This document shows, piece after piece, positions 25,290 through 38,700 of a stretch of 64,000 bases of DNA. The DNA is from Octopus sinensis (Eukaryota). Each line of letters starts with the position of its first letter. Within the stretch, counting starts at the first letter, position 1. The translations under genes were made by a program, and so were the position numbers. The stretch covers positions 94,984,001 to 95,048,000 of the forward strand of contig NC_042998.1 of NCBI RefSeq assembly GCF_006345805.1, given 5' to 3'. The notes under the pieces were generated by a model. That model had not been told where the DNA came from, searched no databases, and was given only the letters and a program-made list of their open reading frames with translations.

Positions 25290-26589
25290 CACACACATAC
25301 ATAGAGAGAGTGATAGAGACAGACAGACAGACAGACAGACAGAAAGACAGGTGTGTGTGTGTGTGTACAAAGGAGGAGTGAGAGCTCTAGGTGGATTAGT
25401 AAAAAGAAACAAGGTCTTTGAATTGAAAATGAGTGAATTTAATGACAAGTAGTTAAAATAATTATTGTAAACAAATACATGTACAGACATACAACACACA
25501 CACATACACACACATGCGAGGATTGGTACTAAAATAGGGGAAACTGAAATTAAGGTAAACTTTGACATTGCTTTATAAAACAACTCTCAGCTGTTTAAAT
25601 AGCAGACAACTGTGTCGATGAATAGAAACGAAAATGCAATAGATATAAGCAGAGTAAAAGTGTATGAGTAGCAGTTCCTGAATGTATGCCAGTCACATAG
25701 AAACAGACAAACAATGTTAAACACATTATTAAGCTTGGATTGAAGAATCAAAAGATGAAGAAAATTTAACAAACCAGCTAAATGGAAAAGACGCCCAAAT
25801 CTTTTGGGATTCTGGCAGAATTCTTTAGCAGTTAAGCCAGCGAAATCCTTACTAATGGTGTTTATAAGTAACTTTATAATCCGAAGTCAATTAGGAAGCT
25901 TTTACATAAGGTGCTTGACCTACACTAGCTAAACCTTCTCTCTAATAAATCCTCATTATTTTAAGTGTTCCAGACATAAATTACAATAGTTAATCCCTTA
26001 CAACAACATACTGTTCACTGACAAGATGGTTACAACTATAAAGCTTACCAAGAAAGCTAAGACTAGAATCAAAGACATGATGATGACTCAGTAACGGAAC
26101 GGCTCATTTAGTCTATAATTGCTGATCTTTGGTAGCTTAAGGTTATGAGATCTAATCTTGGCCTTCCATGAAAGAAAATAAATCCTGTTTGAAATGAATC
26201 AGTCAAAATTGAGATTTTATGTGAATGTCAAATGTTTCAGTTCCAGTTACTTATACTATTCCTTTACCAAAGTTTGATCACATTTTCAGCCAGAAGGAAA
26301 CTATAGTTACAGCTGAGCAAAGAATTTTCATTGTAAAGAATTTCAGACGAGCAGAATAAAGATTCTGTCATAATGTATGCAAACATCCTATTGAACTGAA
26401 GAAAAGCTTTGATCTTTCAATTTGATAGCCAACACAAGGTCTTAATTTGGGTTATAGTTGTAAGGTAGCCTACATCAAATACTAAGGAGAACTTGTGGTG
26501 CAGAGTTAAAAATAAAAGAAAATAAATATTTGACTGCTAGATTAGAGAGATTAGCCATTTCATTACTATATTCCTGTTGAAATACACTT

Positions 26590-26830
26590 CCATCATCATC
26601 ATTATCATCGTCATTTAACATCCATTTTCCATGCTGGCATGAGTTGAACAATTTGACAGCACCTGGCAAAGCCAGGAACTGCACCAGGTTCCATCGTCTG
26701 GTTTGACTTGGTTTCTACAGTTGGATGCCCTTTCTAATGTCAACCACTTTACAGAGTGGTTTTTATGTGACACCAGCACCAATGCCTTTTATGCAGCACC
26801 ATCACCAGTGCTTTTTATGCGGAGTTTCAA
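26590..26830 (-). mobile_element. RTE LINE 3' fragment, degenerate
   Basis: catttaacatccattttccatgctggcatg...ttctacagttggatgccctt. Confidence 0.75.
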
Positions 26831-27619
26831 TTAATCTTGAAAATAACAAAGAATTTATCATAATAACTTCGTTGTTATTAAGCTGGCATGTTAAACATAA
26901 ATTAGCATGAAATTTTGATGGAAAGTTCTAACTGACACCATTTTAAAACAAAAAGTTGTATCACCAAACCAGGAGCTATTTCAGGTAGGTTGATACCAAA
27001 AGGATCCAACTAGTAACAATATCTATTTCTGCAGCATGTAAGTCTTGGTTAGTCTTATTGAGAGAATGTTTAGAAAAATAAACTAATGTAGACTAATTGT
27101 ATTATTTTTTTACTGAACATACATATCTATGTATGTGTGTGAAAATAATTATGATAATTACAATTTATACATTATCTTATGTAATATGTATCCGACATTA
27201 ATAAATGTGATAATTTTATCACCCTTTCAAATAGCAACACAAAAAGTACAGATGAAATTGCTAGAAAGGCAGTCTTCTTTTGCAAATTAGAATTCCTTGC
27301 AATTGAATAAAACAGCATAAAATTAATAGCCTTATATTATATAATAACACACACACATTCATGCACATGCATACATAGGCACATGCATGCACATGCACAC
27401 ACGTGCATGCATGCACATAAAGAACAAATATATAAATTTATTTAGAAGAATTTGTGCAGATGGTAATCAACTTTTCTTTTCCTTATTCTCTAAGATAAAA
27501 AAAAAATTAATACCAGTAATAAACTAGGCTTTGATTCAATTTACTTTATTCCTGATGTGAAAATTGTACTAGCACCTAATTATTAACAAATTGATATATA
27601 AACACATGACATACATAAC

Positions 27620-27945
27620 ATAGCTGTGTGGTTAAGAAGGTTGTTTTGTAATCCTGTGGTTTTGAGTTCAGTCCTGTCATACAGTATCTTGGGCAAATGT
27701 CTTCTGTAGCTCTGGGGTGACTGATGCCTTGTGAGTAAATTTGAATGACAGAAACTGTGTGGAAGCTTGTCGTGTGTGTGTGGGGAGAGAGAGAGAGAGA
27801 GACTATCTCTGTCTGTCCTCTGCCTCACCTGTGCTTGACAACAGGCATGAAGAATAAGTATCAGTCTTAAAAATAGGCACTGGGGTTGATTTGTTTGCCC
27901 TTCAATGCAGTGTCCCAACACAGCCACAATCCAATAACTGAAACG
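27620..27945 (+). mobile_element. OR1-like SINE
   Basis: gctgtgtggttaagaag...gagttcagtcc...cttgggcaaatgtcttct...tgcttgacaac...ataactgaaac. Confidence 0.75.
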
Positions 27946-28559
27946 CTAACAGGAGAGACAAAAAAAAAAGAAAAAAAGAGGAACACACCGAGACTCTTTC
28001 GAAAAAATATCAAGACAGTGAAATATCTATTTCTACAAGAGCTTCTATAAGAAAGCAGAATATTTCTTTCTAACAACATATATCTTGTTTCTGTTTTTTA
28101 AAGACATCAGTTTCAGAACAAAAATAAATTAATTACACAGTTCATCTCATCACGATGTTATGTTCAGGAACATTTTAAACAGATCAGGATACTAGCTAAA
28201 CTTGCAAATTTCTTGATATCTATCTTCTTTAACATTTAACACTGGTTAGAATTTCATTATCATCATCAACATGGAATGCACATTTAAAAATATTCACTCA
28301 ACTGTGGATGTGAATGATTGCCTAAACTGGATATGTCAGATAATAGCAAACTGCTATATTTTCATCATCACAGAAATATATTGTTTAAATGTTAAATAGA
28401 TCTACAAACTCAGCTTTAAATCTTTTTTACATTGAACAAATATCTTCAGCATCTATGGAGAATATCATTTAACTTTGCCTTGTGTCTGTCATCTAAATCC
28501 CCTAAAATTAGCTATACACATCAGAACTAACAGGAAAAGTAAGGTGTGTGTGTGAAGGA

Positions 28560-28790
28560 ATTCGTCTTAGTGGTTATGGTGAGAAGCACATAATTGTAAG
28601 GATTGATTGATACACTGGGTCCTTGAGCAAGGCACTTCATTTCACATTGCTCCACCCTAATGAGTACCAGCTGAATGCTTGCACAGCCCTCTCTTCCTCC
28701 ATCTGTCACATCACTGATGCTCCACTGAGTCAAGAGTAGGTGCATTCATGACTACTTCAAAGGCACCTTAAACAGTTATTGAAAGAACAG
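28560..28790 (+). mobile_element. Degenerate tRNA-derived SINE with CORE-like ccttgagcaaggcactt segment
   Basis: gtccttgagcaaggcacttcatttcacattgctcca; related pieces at ~12530-12650 (-), ~17900-17990 (+), 54590-54770 (-) and 55690-55872 (-). Confidence 0.5.
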
Positions 28791-29361
28791 TACAGACTAT
28801 TAAGTCATAACTGTTTGCAAGTGACAGCTGTGTTTTATACATACATACGTACACACACACACACACAAACAAGTATGCTTGATGCAGATGTGAAGAAGTA
28901 TTACTCTGACGTTTAAAACCAAAATATAATATAAATTTTCACTTGGAACTATTGCATGAACTGGTGTTGAAAACACAATGGTTACAGAAGCAATTGTAAA
29001 TGGTCATTAAAAATGTGATAAAATCTTTCTTTGTCTTCTTATTTGGATCATACACACACTGAAATATAATCACAGTCCAGCTCATACCAGCATGGAACAT
29101 GGACATTAAATGATGATGATGATGATACAATAATGAATCATAATGAAAAAGTTGTAAAGTATATACAAATATACAGTTTACACAGTGCAAATTTAACCTG
29201 ATATAGAACCCAATACATTGGGTAGAGTAGATAGATATGTTTATTGTATTAAAGGTTGACAATCTATTTTGAATTTTACCCTTGATTAAGATATTCATGA
29301 CTGTGTCATAAACAGTCTAGCCAAGGGTAAAACTGTTAACTTTTAATATTGTAAACACACA

Positions 29362-29450
<89 letters not shown>

Positions 29451-29639
29451 ATATAAATATAAAAGCATTAAATGACCTGACAATTGTGACAGCTCTACCT
29501 CATCTCTTCTGTATGCGTCTTATTTCTTCATTCCCCAACCATTTTCTTGTCAGGCCTCACTTGTTCATGTAAGTTAATCTAGTAAATCCAAAAGACTATA
29601 CTGATTTCATTCCTCTCCAATCACTGTACATGCACATTA

Positions 29640-29776
29640 TTAACCTTTAGCACACTGTAGGCAGATCATGTTGTCATACAAGTTTTCTCCCTTCTCAATG
29701 CAATACAATGCGCCTGCAGCTACAGCGGAGAAAACTTATATGGCAGCACGATGTGCCTATACATGTTAAAGGTTAA
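29640..29776. mobile_element. Palindromic piggyBac-like MITE with TTAA ends
   Basis: TTAACCTTTAGCA...TGTTAAAGGTTAA; internal arms taggcagatcatgttgtcatacaagttttctcc and ggagaaaacttatatggcagcacgatgtgccta are near-complementary. Confidence 0.7.
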
Positions 29777-29974
29777 TCAGTTGTATTTCACTGCTTTACA
29801 GCATCTTCCTTCTCATAAAGTCCTGCCTTTTATAAAAACAAAAGGAAACCTGTTGTCCAACAGATATAGCTGTTATTGCAACATTATCTATCCCCATTAA
29901 ACTCCAACAACTATACTTTCACCAAACTTCTACCACCAGAGTTAAATGTGCTCCTTACACCATATAATTTATTA

Positions 29975-30505
29975 CATCGTCATTTAATGTCCACTTTTCC
30001 ATGCTTGCATGGGTCAGACAGAATTTGCTGAAGCAGAGTTTGCTATAAACAGATGGCCTTCCTGTCACTAACCCTCACCTGTTTCCAACACACACACACA
30101 CACACACCATCATCATCTTCATCATTTCATTTTAATGTCAACTTGCATGGGTCAAATGGAATTTATTGATGCAGATTTTCCAGAGCTGGATGCTCTTGCT
30201 GTCTTACCTATTTCCAAGCAAAGTAACACTTCCCCATGACCAGACATATTTTTGCAGAATACTGGAAATGAACGACATTACTTCTATGACAGTGACAATG
30301 ATTTACATGATGTCATGACAATTAGACACAAATACACACATAAATATATGATGGGTTTTCAGTTTTTCCTCAACCACATCCACTCACAAGGTTTTGGTAA
30401 ACCCAGGGCTATAGTAGAGACACTTCCTCAAAATGTCACACAGTGGGACTGAGCATGGAACCATGTGATTGGATAGCAAACTTCTTACTACACAGCCAAG
30501 CCTCC
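29975..30505 (-). mobile_element. OR1-headed SINE with RTE-like tail (tail present twice)
   Basis: Tail reverse complements at ~29980-30080 and ~30125-30230; head reverse complement at 30410-30505. Confidence 0.7.
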
Positions 30506-31769
30506 ACCTACCCATGCCTATATATATATATATTATAAGCTTCTTTTCTGTTTCTGTCTACCAAATTTGCTCACAATACTTTGACCGACCTGGAGCTATA
30601 GTAATTTAGATAAAAATGAAAAAGCAAAGAAATTTGAAGTTGTCACCTTTCAAAGATAACATAACAAGAAGTAACATTTGTCAAGAAATCTTTTGACTGA
30701 AGTGGAGTATAAATATCTTTATTATTTTTTTTTTCCATCTTCATTTCAGTGAATGATATTATATAATTTTAGCAGTATTATTTAGTGTCCTAGATCAGAT
30801 CAGATCAGATCAGAACATTTAGCTTATTGATAAGTCTGACTGGCATTTACTGAATTAAACATGAAACAAATCTCATCTATTGCAGCAAAAGTCTGGGTAA
30901 AATGGGGCAAGTAGAATTAAGTGTCCTTCATAGAAACAAAACAAAATGTCAGCAGTAGAAGACAAAGTCACAGTGAGCTAGCAGGCTGATACCTGATCTG
31001 TTCAGCCATTTTCACCTCTATAAATAAGATAAGAGCTATGTTAAAAATACCACATTGAGGTTGGAATGCTATCTGTTAGCTAATAAAGGTTTTTACCTGT
31101 TTATCAAATCTCAAAAGAGCAAGCTGTTTAGTAAAAGCACATAAAAAGTCTTTCCAGTTACCTTACTAAGATTAATATGCAAAAGTCATTCTTTTTTTTT
31201 GTAGAGAGAACCACAATTTCAGCAGACTTTCTAGAATTTACGAGATGTGCAAAATTGGAAGAGAGCAAGAAAAATCAATATATTGATGTAAGCTGATCCA
31301 GCTTTGAGACTGAATCTGGTTTCTTTATCTTGGCATTACTACAGAATATTTTCTGGTTGGATATTCACAGTTTTCTCTGAAATGGAGATATATCCAAGTC
31401 AACTCTTCTATAATAAGGTGTTATCTGCATAATTCTAACTTTAGTGTTAGCTTTAATGAAAAGAAAACTAGCAGAATATTCTTTCAATAACACAATTTCT
31501 CACAGCAAGTTTTCAAATAGGTTAACGTAAAACTAAAGAATTGAATAAAATCAAAGAAAAACAAGACAAAATAAAATTTCAAATTATGGTTAATTGCTGG
31601 GAGGTTAACTAATTTGACAAGAGCTGAGTAGCTCACTAATCTTTTAAGAATTCTTGCTTCAGTTTCCTAAATAACATTTAACAAGCCAACAAGAAAAACT
31701 CTATGTAGTCAAACGGCTAGCTAGAAATAACAGCCAGGTCGCTTTCAGATTACACCTCATGTCATACAG

Positions 31770-31955
31770 CAGTGCTCCGCAACCTATTTTCAATTGTGGT
31801 ACACTTATATTCTTTTCAAAATTCATCAGCACACCTGAACTAAAAGTATAACTAAAAGTATAGGGAAAAAAATTATATTCAGGTTACACTGTGGCACACC
31901 TAGCATTCTCTAGAGGCACACCAGTGTGTCGCGGAATACTGGTTGTGGAGCACTG
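31770..31955. mobile_element. hAT-type MITE with 15-bp TIRs and a perfect 8-bp TSD
   Basis: TIRs CAGTGCTCCGCAACC / GGTTGTGGAGCACTG (1 mismatch); TSD TCATACAG at 31762-31769 and 31956-31963. Confidence 0.9.
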
Positions 31956-32214
31956 TCATACAGAAGGGAAAGGACACAGTAGATGATGTGATCCAAGGTG
32001 CACTACAGTGTCTGCAAAAACAGAACAAGATAGGATGATCACAGGTAAAGTACCTCTGATATTAAATCTGCTCAGATTAAACGACAACAGGGTTAAACGA
32101 CAACAATGCCACATCCTTTTAGTAAATTCCTAATATTAATGTAGAGTAACAAACAGGGGTTCATTAAGTTGCGAGCTTTGTTGTAGTTGTTGGTATTATT
32201 GTTGTTTTTTAATT

Positions 32215-32420
32215 AAGGCAGAATTGTTAGCGCATTGGGTAAAATGCTTAGTGATGTTTTGTCCATCTTTACAGTCTGAGTTCAAATTCTGCTGAGGTTG
32301 ACTCTGCTTTTCCTCCTTTCGGAGTTAATAAAATAAGTACCAGTTGAGCACTGGGGTCAGTATAATTGACTTACTCCGTTACATGAATTTACTGATCTTA
32401 TGCCAAAATTTGAAACTATT
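32215..32420 (+). mobile_element. OK-like SINE
   Basis: ggcagaattgttagc...aaaatgcttag...tctgagttcaaattctgctgaggttgact...taagtaccag. Confidence 0.75.
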
Positions 32421-32554
32421 ATTGTTGTTATTTAATGACTCCTGATGTTAATTGACAGGTTGCTAGAAGCTAAGACTGTTTCACAGACTGAAGAAATGTT
32501 GCCTATTTGCCAATCTGCAAAGACAAACTAACCACTAGCTGGTGGTAGCATCAT

Positions 32555-32790
32555 CAACTTTGTCAGCATCAGATGTCTACTTTCCATGTTACCATGGATT
32601 GGACAGGTTGCCATTGTTGGAGTCAGTAGATATTTGAGGGATACTAATCACATACAAGAGTCAGAAGACAGTAACTCACTTGATTGCTTCATTTTTGGCT
32701 TGGTTTTTATGCTGGATATCATTTCCTAACACCACTCACTTTACAGAGTATGCTACATTCTTTTTACATAGCACCAGTACTATGGAGTTC
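32555..32790 (-). mobile_element. Degenerate RTE 3' fragment
   Basis: catcagatgtctactttccatg...atggattggacagg...ttcctaacaccactcactttacagag. Confidence 0.6.
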
Positions 32791-33749
32791 TCATGTCCTT
32801 TGCAAGACTTGAAGGTCTTCACTACTAATAGTGAATTATGGAAACTCTCAACTGGTAAGAACTGGAGTCTTCTTCCTTGTAATCTACACCTACTGACCAA
32901 TGAACCTTGTTGCAAAGGGCAAAGAAAAATACCTATGGCAGAAGATAACTGAGGAAGATATGCAGTGTAATCAGATGTTAGGATGACACAAAATTTAAGA
33001 GAAATTGTCATCCGTACTAAAGTCTGTTCAATTTATGTCATCATACAATATTATAGTTGCTCATTCCCACTAATATGCCCATACCTAGAGGAGGCAATCA
33101 GCATACCAATGAAGAAAATGGGTCTAATATTCTAATTACAAGACTAATAAGATTTTGAAGAATGTTATTCACTTAAACATGTACTCAATAGAACTAACAA
33201 ATGTTAGAGACTGCTTATAATATCCGACAGAATATTTAAATACATGACCAAGTGTTTGAGACGAGTTGCCATTAATAAGATTATAATTATAATTATTCAA
33301 TCTATTAACCTCACCTTTAGAGATAAATAATGCTTCATTATGTAGTTACACTACTGTTCAATCAGTTTGATCCGCAACTGTCATAAGTAAATGGCCAAGT
33401 GAATAAGAACATTAAGATGCTTAGTTTAGAAATAAAGATGCTTAGTTCGAATCTAATCTGCTGCAGTATACTCACCCAGGAATAAGACACCTGATGACTG
33501 TCACATATCAAATTGATCAAAATGTAGTTCCTTATCTCCATTTGCCTTTTCTGTTTTTTCTCTCTTTGTCTATTCTTTCTTTCAAAGGAAGAGTGAATAC
33601 TCAAAACATAAAAGATATTCTTTTCATTTTTCTCTCATTTCCTGAACATCAACATAATAATACATACTGCATTTGGTCTTTTTCACCTGATCTTCATTTT
33701 TTTGGCACCATGTGTATATATATATAAATATATATATATATCATCATTA

Positions 33750-33980
33750 TGATCATCATCGTTTAATGTCTGCTTTCCATGCTAGCATGGATGGGTTGGA
33801 CGATTTGACTGAGGACTGGCGAACCAGATGGCTGCACTTCCTAACGCCAACCACTCAGAGAGTGTAGTGTGTGCTTTTATGTACCACCAGCATGAGGGCC
33901 AGTCAGGCGGTACTGGCAATAGCCATGCTCAAATGATGATTTTTAAGTACCACCTGCACAGGAGCCAGCTCAACAATCTC
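33750..33980 (-). mobile_element. RTE LINE 3' fragment
   Basis: catcatcgtttaatgtctgctttccatgctagcatgg...ctaacgccaaccactcagagagtgtagtg. Confidence 0.85.
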
Positions 33981-34009
33981 GCTCAAATGTTTTACACACA
34001 CACACACAC

Positions 34010-34055
<46 letters not shown>

Positions 34056-34074
34056 GTATGTATATATCTATGTG

Positions 34075-34290
34075 TGTGTGTGTGTGTATCTTTGCATCTG
34101 TGTTTGTCCCCCACCACTGCTTGACAACCAGTGTTGGTGTGTTTGCATCCCCATAACTTGGCAGTTTGGCAAAAGAGACTGATAGAATAAATACCAGGTG
34201 TAAAAAATAAGTACTGGAGTTGATTCATTCAACTAAAAATTGAAGATGCAGTCTAATGACTGAAACAAGTAAAAGATAAAAGATAAATTA
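34075..34290 (+). mobile_element. OR1-like SINE, 3' half
   Basis: gtgtttgtccccc accactgcttgacaacc...aataagtactgg...gactgaaacaagtaaaagataaaaga. Confidence 0.8.
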
Positions 34291-34538
34291 TTTAATCATA
34301 GTTTGAATAATATTTTAACCACTTCATTAAATCTTTTGTCGTTGCACCATCTGTTATCACATGAACTTTTGTTTGAAATCTCATTTGCACTCAATCTAAC
34401 AAAATGGCAAAACTTCCAATATTATTCGAATGATGATTGGATAATTGCAAAGGTATTTGCATAAAACCAATGGTATCATATTATCAATAGTAAAATATAT
34501 GTGTGTGTATCATCATCATTATATATATATATATATAT

Positions 34539-35422
34539 CATCATCATCATCATCATCGTTTAACGTCCGTTTTCCGCGCTAGCACGGTTGGACGGTTTGA
34601 CCGGGGTCTGGGGAGCAGGGACTGCCCCAGGCTCCAGTCTGATCTGGCAGTGTTTCTACAGCTGGATGCCCTTCCTAATGCCAACCACTCCGCGAGTGTA
34701 GTGGGTGCTTTTTATGTGCCACCTGCACAGGTGCCAGAGGGGTCTGGCATCGGCCACGATCGGTTATTGCCTTTTTTCGTTGCATTGCGGCAGGGGGGAG
34801 GGTTCCGGCAGAGAGGAGAGAGGGAGAGAGAGTGGGGGGGTGCATGTAATATAGGGGAGCACCAGTGGGGAAGGTTTGGGGTAAAGAGAAACGATGACAG
34901 GTAGGGTTGGTGGCAGGTTCTAGACAGAATGAAAAGTAGGAAGTAAAACGTAGGATATCACGAGTGGGGGAGGGGGCTGGAAGGAGATAGCCGGTTGAGG
35001 CAGTGACACATTTCAAAACAGGAGGAACATAAGATAACAGGTTAAGTGGGACGTTTGATGAGCTGCAGCGCTAGCTGCTTCTGCCCAGGGGGAGAGAGGC
35101 AGGGGTAAAATACATAGTGAGAAAGTATATTGAGGAGGAGGGGTAGGAGGAACAGACACACGTAGTGGTGGCGGTGGTAGAGGGGATATCCGGTGGGGAT
35201 GGTGTAAACAGAGTGTTCTCCGGTATGGGTGGTGAGGGTGGTGGGGGTGGGAGGGCGGGCGAACCGCGAACGAATGGCGGGCTGCGAAGATTTTGATTGG
35301 GGACAGTAGACTTAAAACAATCGGGGTTTGAAGAAATGAACAGAGTAACGAACAAATTAACTTGGTACCGAGGGGTTAAACAAATGAAAGGGTTATATTT
35401 TAAGAACAAGCAGAATTAGTGA
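34539..35422 (-). mobile_element. Chimeric element: ~660-bp GC/CpG-rich unknown segment (35422 to 34764) fused to a young RTE 3' tail (34763 to 34539)
   Basis: RTE tail is unambiguous; the junction at cacgatcggtt|attgcc is abrupt; the attached segment keeps many CpGs, unlike its flanks. Confidence 0.6.
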
Positions 35423-35441
35423 ATAGATTCGAACATTTAAG

Positions 35442-35464
<23 letters not shown>

Positions 35465-35476
<12 letters not shown>

Positions 35477-35684
35477 CGGGAAGCTTTATGAAAATAGACA
35501 AAAGACGAAGGCAGGTGGAAAACAAACGAACAATTGTATTAGTATGGCGCTCAGGAAATATAAATAAAACAAGTCTTTAACGTTTCGAGCCTACGCTCTT
35601 CAACAGAAAGATACACGGAGAGAAAAAAAACACAGAAAGAAGGAGAGAAAAAAAATGCGTGCAGTAGCTAACGAATCAACATGG

Positions 35685-35690
<6 letters not shown>
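35465..35690 (-). mobile_element. Penelope-like terminal-repeat fragment with variant minimal hammerhead (35574-35611)
   Basis: Minus strand: TCTTT-CTGTTGA-A-GAGC/GTAG/GCTC-GAAA-CG-TT-AAAGA; homologous to 22200-22375. Confidence 0.6.
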
Positions 35691-35740
<50 letters not shown>

Positions 35741-38700
35741 TCTAATGCTAATTTCAACCTGATGAGTTGGTATTTTCCAGCATTGCTTAAATAATACTGA
35801 TTCAGCATATTATTTTGAATATTATATAATAATATTCCAGTAATAATCTTCTGGTAAAGTGTCGATTAAACAATTTCAGTATCATGTAATAAATAAGTTG
35901 CTCACTTTATTCTCCTTGTTCACGTTTATATAAACTTTATGGATATTAATTGATTTTTAGATATATCATCAGTAAAATGATCTATTTTCATTATGTAACA
36001 GTATCTGATTGCTAATACCTGAAATCCATAGACAAGCTTTTTAATGCAGATTAAAACCCAGATGAAATTGACATATATAAAATACATATATACACATATT
36101 TATATACACATACATAAGTCTGTGTGTATGTATATGCATATGTCACCAATGTGAGGGTTAGCAACAGGAAGAGCATCAGAGCATAGAAAATCTATTTCAA
36201 TGAATTCTGCCTGACCCATACAAGTATGGTAAAAGATGGATGTTAAAATGATAATGATGATGATAAAGTATAACAATATCAATATATATATATAGTTAAT
36301 CCAAACAAGAAAACACAAAAAAAACACAGCAACGCGAGGACGTGGAACAAATAAAGTATTATTGGACGGAATATATATATATATATATTGTTATCATCAT
36401 TTAATGTCTGCTTTTCCACGCTTGCATACATACACAGATATATATATGCATACAAAGACAGATGTGTGTGTGTATGTACATACATACATACATACATACA
36501 TGCATATATATATAACATAATGAAACGTAAAAATAGAAGAAAAGCTTGTGTAAAGCAACCAGTTAATACAAGAAAAGATACCAAAAGTTAAAGCAAAATA
36601 ATCATTGGAAAGAGAGAAAAGAAGTTGGTATGTAATTATTAATTATTATGAAGCAAGAGATATTAAAACAACAATGTCAAAACTAAAAGAGTGATTTCAT
36701 TGGCCAAAGAAAATATACAGCGGAGGATAAATAACAAGTGAATTACATCGAGAACAAAATATTAATGTTAATATGAATATGGAATGAAGCAATTGATCAA
36801 TCTAAGATGGGTGGGTGGGAATATTGGAGTCACTAATCAGAGCAAAGGGGGGAAAAAGCAAATGAATAAATAAAGTAGCTTTCCAATCCAAATAAACATT
36901 AGCTTGAGAAAGTCATGGAGAAAGTAAAGGGATAATATGAAACAAGTTTCTAGTTTAAGTGATTATTTTGAATGAAAATATGTGATGTAAAGTTTAGGTT
37001 ATATCTGAAGTAAATCATCATTTAATGTTCATTTTCTGTGTTGAGTTGAAAGTTCAGCAGGAGCTGGCAAGCCAGAGAACTGCTTCAAGCTTCAATGTCT
37101 GCATAGGCATGTTTTCTACAGTTGGATGCCCTTCCCAGTGCCAACAACTTTACAGTATGTACAAGGTGTTTTTTTTATGTGGCACCAGCACTAGTGAGGT
37201 TGCCAAGTAAGTTGCAAGACAAAAAAAGAATGAAAAAGGAAAAAGTTTCCTTGACTAAGTGATGAGAGGGTAGTATTTGGGAGGTGAAGATGGTTTTATG
37301 CCAGGTGTTGAGAGGCTGAAGTATGATAGGGGGATATGTACAGGTCTTTTGTGAGAGAGTTAAAATAAAGTGAAATAAAGTTAAAATATACTAATCAGTG
37401 AGTATATCATTCTAAAATGCTAATATCAATTTGAAATATTTATTGTTTAAAATAGCCTCATTTAATTATATAAAAGAAAAATAGCTTTCCAACTGGCATA
37501 AAAATACTCTGTAAAAGGCAATGAACTAAAATGTAAAAAATTATATGCTATGGATCGAAACATTACACAATTAAGGTGATAAGGGAGCCTCTACTAAGCA
37601 GCCCAACCTTCTGGCTAGAAATAGCACCAAATCTCATTAAACCAATGCAAAATCTCCCAAATCTCACACTCTATCATTTTAATAAAGGAAAGACACACTG
37701 ATCAATGTAGTCCTATATGTGCAAAAACATGGGGTAGTCACGGCTGGACTGCCTTTCATCATAGAACTATATGATGAGAACCTACCTAGAGCTAAACAAC
37801 ATTTTTACACAATCCAAAAATAGATGTACAAAGTACAGCACAGACCACATTCTATACAAGACACAATTTGGTAATACATCTCTCACATAGGACATATTCT
37901 ACAAATAATCTCTTAATATGATAAAAGTTTTCTTTGATGAACAAAAAGTAACACCAAAATATAACAAAAAGCAACATCATAAAAACAATAACAAAAAAAA
38001 AACAAATCTGACAACACTGCAAATTAAATGTAGCACAAACACCTTCCCTCCACAATGACAAATAACAACAAAATTATTACACACACCTTAGGAACACAGA
38101 AATGCACCAGGTGGTGCAATGAAAAACTTGCCTGAAACTACCAAAAACATAATGATGATGATGATGATGATAATAATAATAATATGCAAGAAGTCTTTCA
38201 CAAAAGAGAAGTGTAATTTCAACCAACTTTTGAGAATTCACTAGAAATGCCTGATTGGAAGAAAGCGAGGAAAAATCAATATATTGATGTAAGCTGATCC
38301 AACTTTGAGAGGAAAATTTTGTTCTTTTATCTTAGCATTGCTACAGAATATTTTCTATTTGGACATAACTACTGTTTCTTCCTAATGGTGAGTCTGACAG
38401 GCTTGACTGAATTACTTCAGACATGTCACCATTATTGATATAAACATGATATAGAACATAATTGTTTAGAAGATATTTTCACTGTGCTAACATACCTTTG
38501 ACAAAACAAGACATTTCTAGTATAAATTGTTGTTGGTATAGGTATCTCTGTTATATAATGTTATTATCATCACAATATAACATGAGTTGCTATGCCAAAA
38601 AAATGTTACCTTACAACGCTGTCAAACATATATACAAACATGAAAAAGAAGAAAAATATATATGTTGAATTGGTAGTAGCCAGGATGATTAATATATTAA

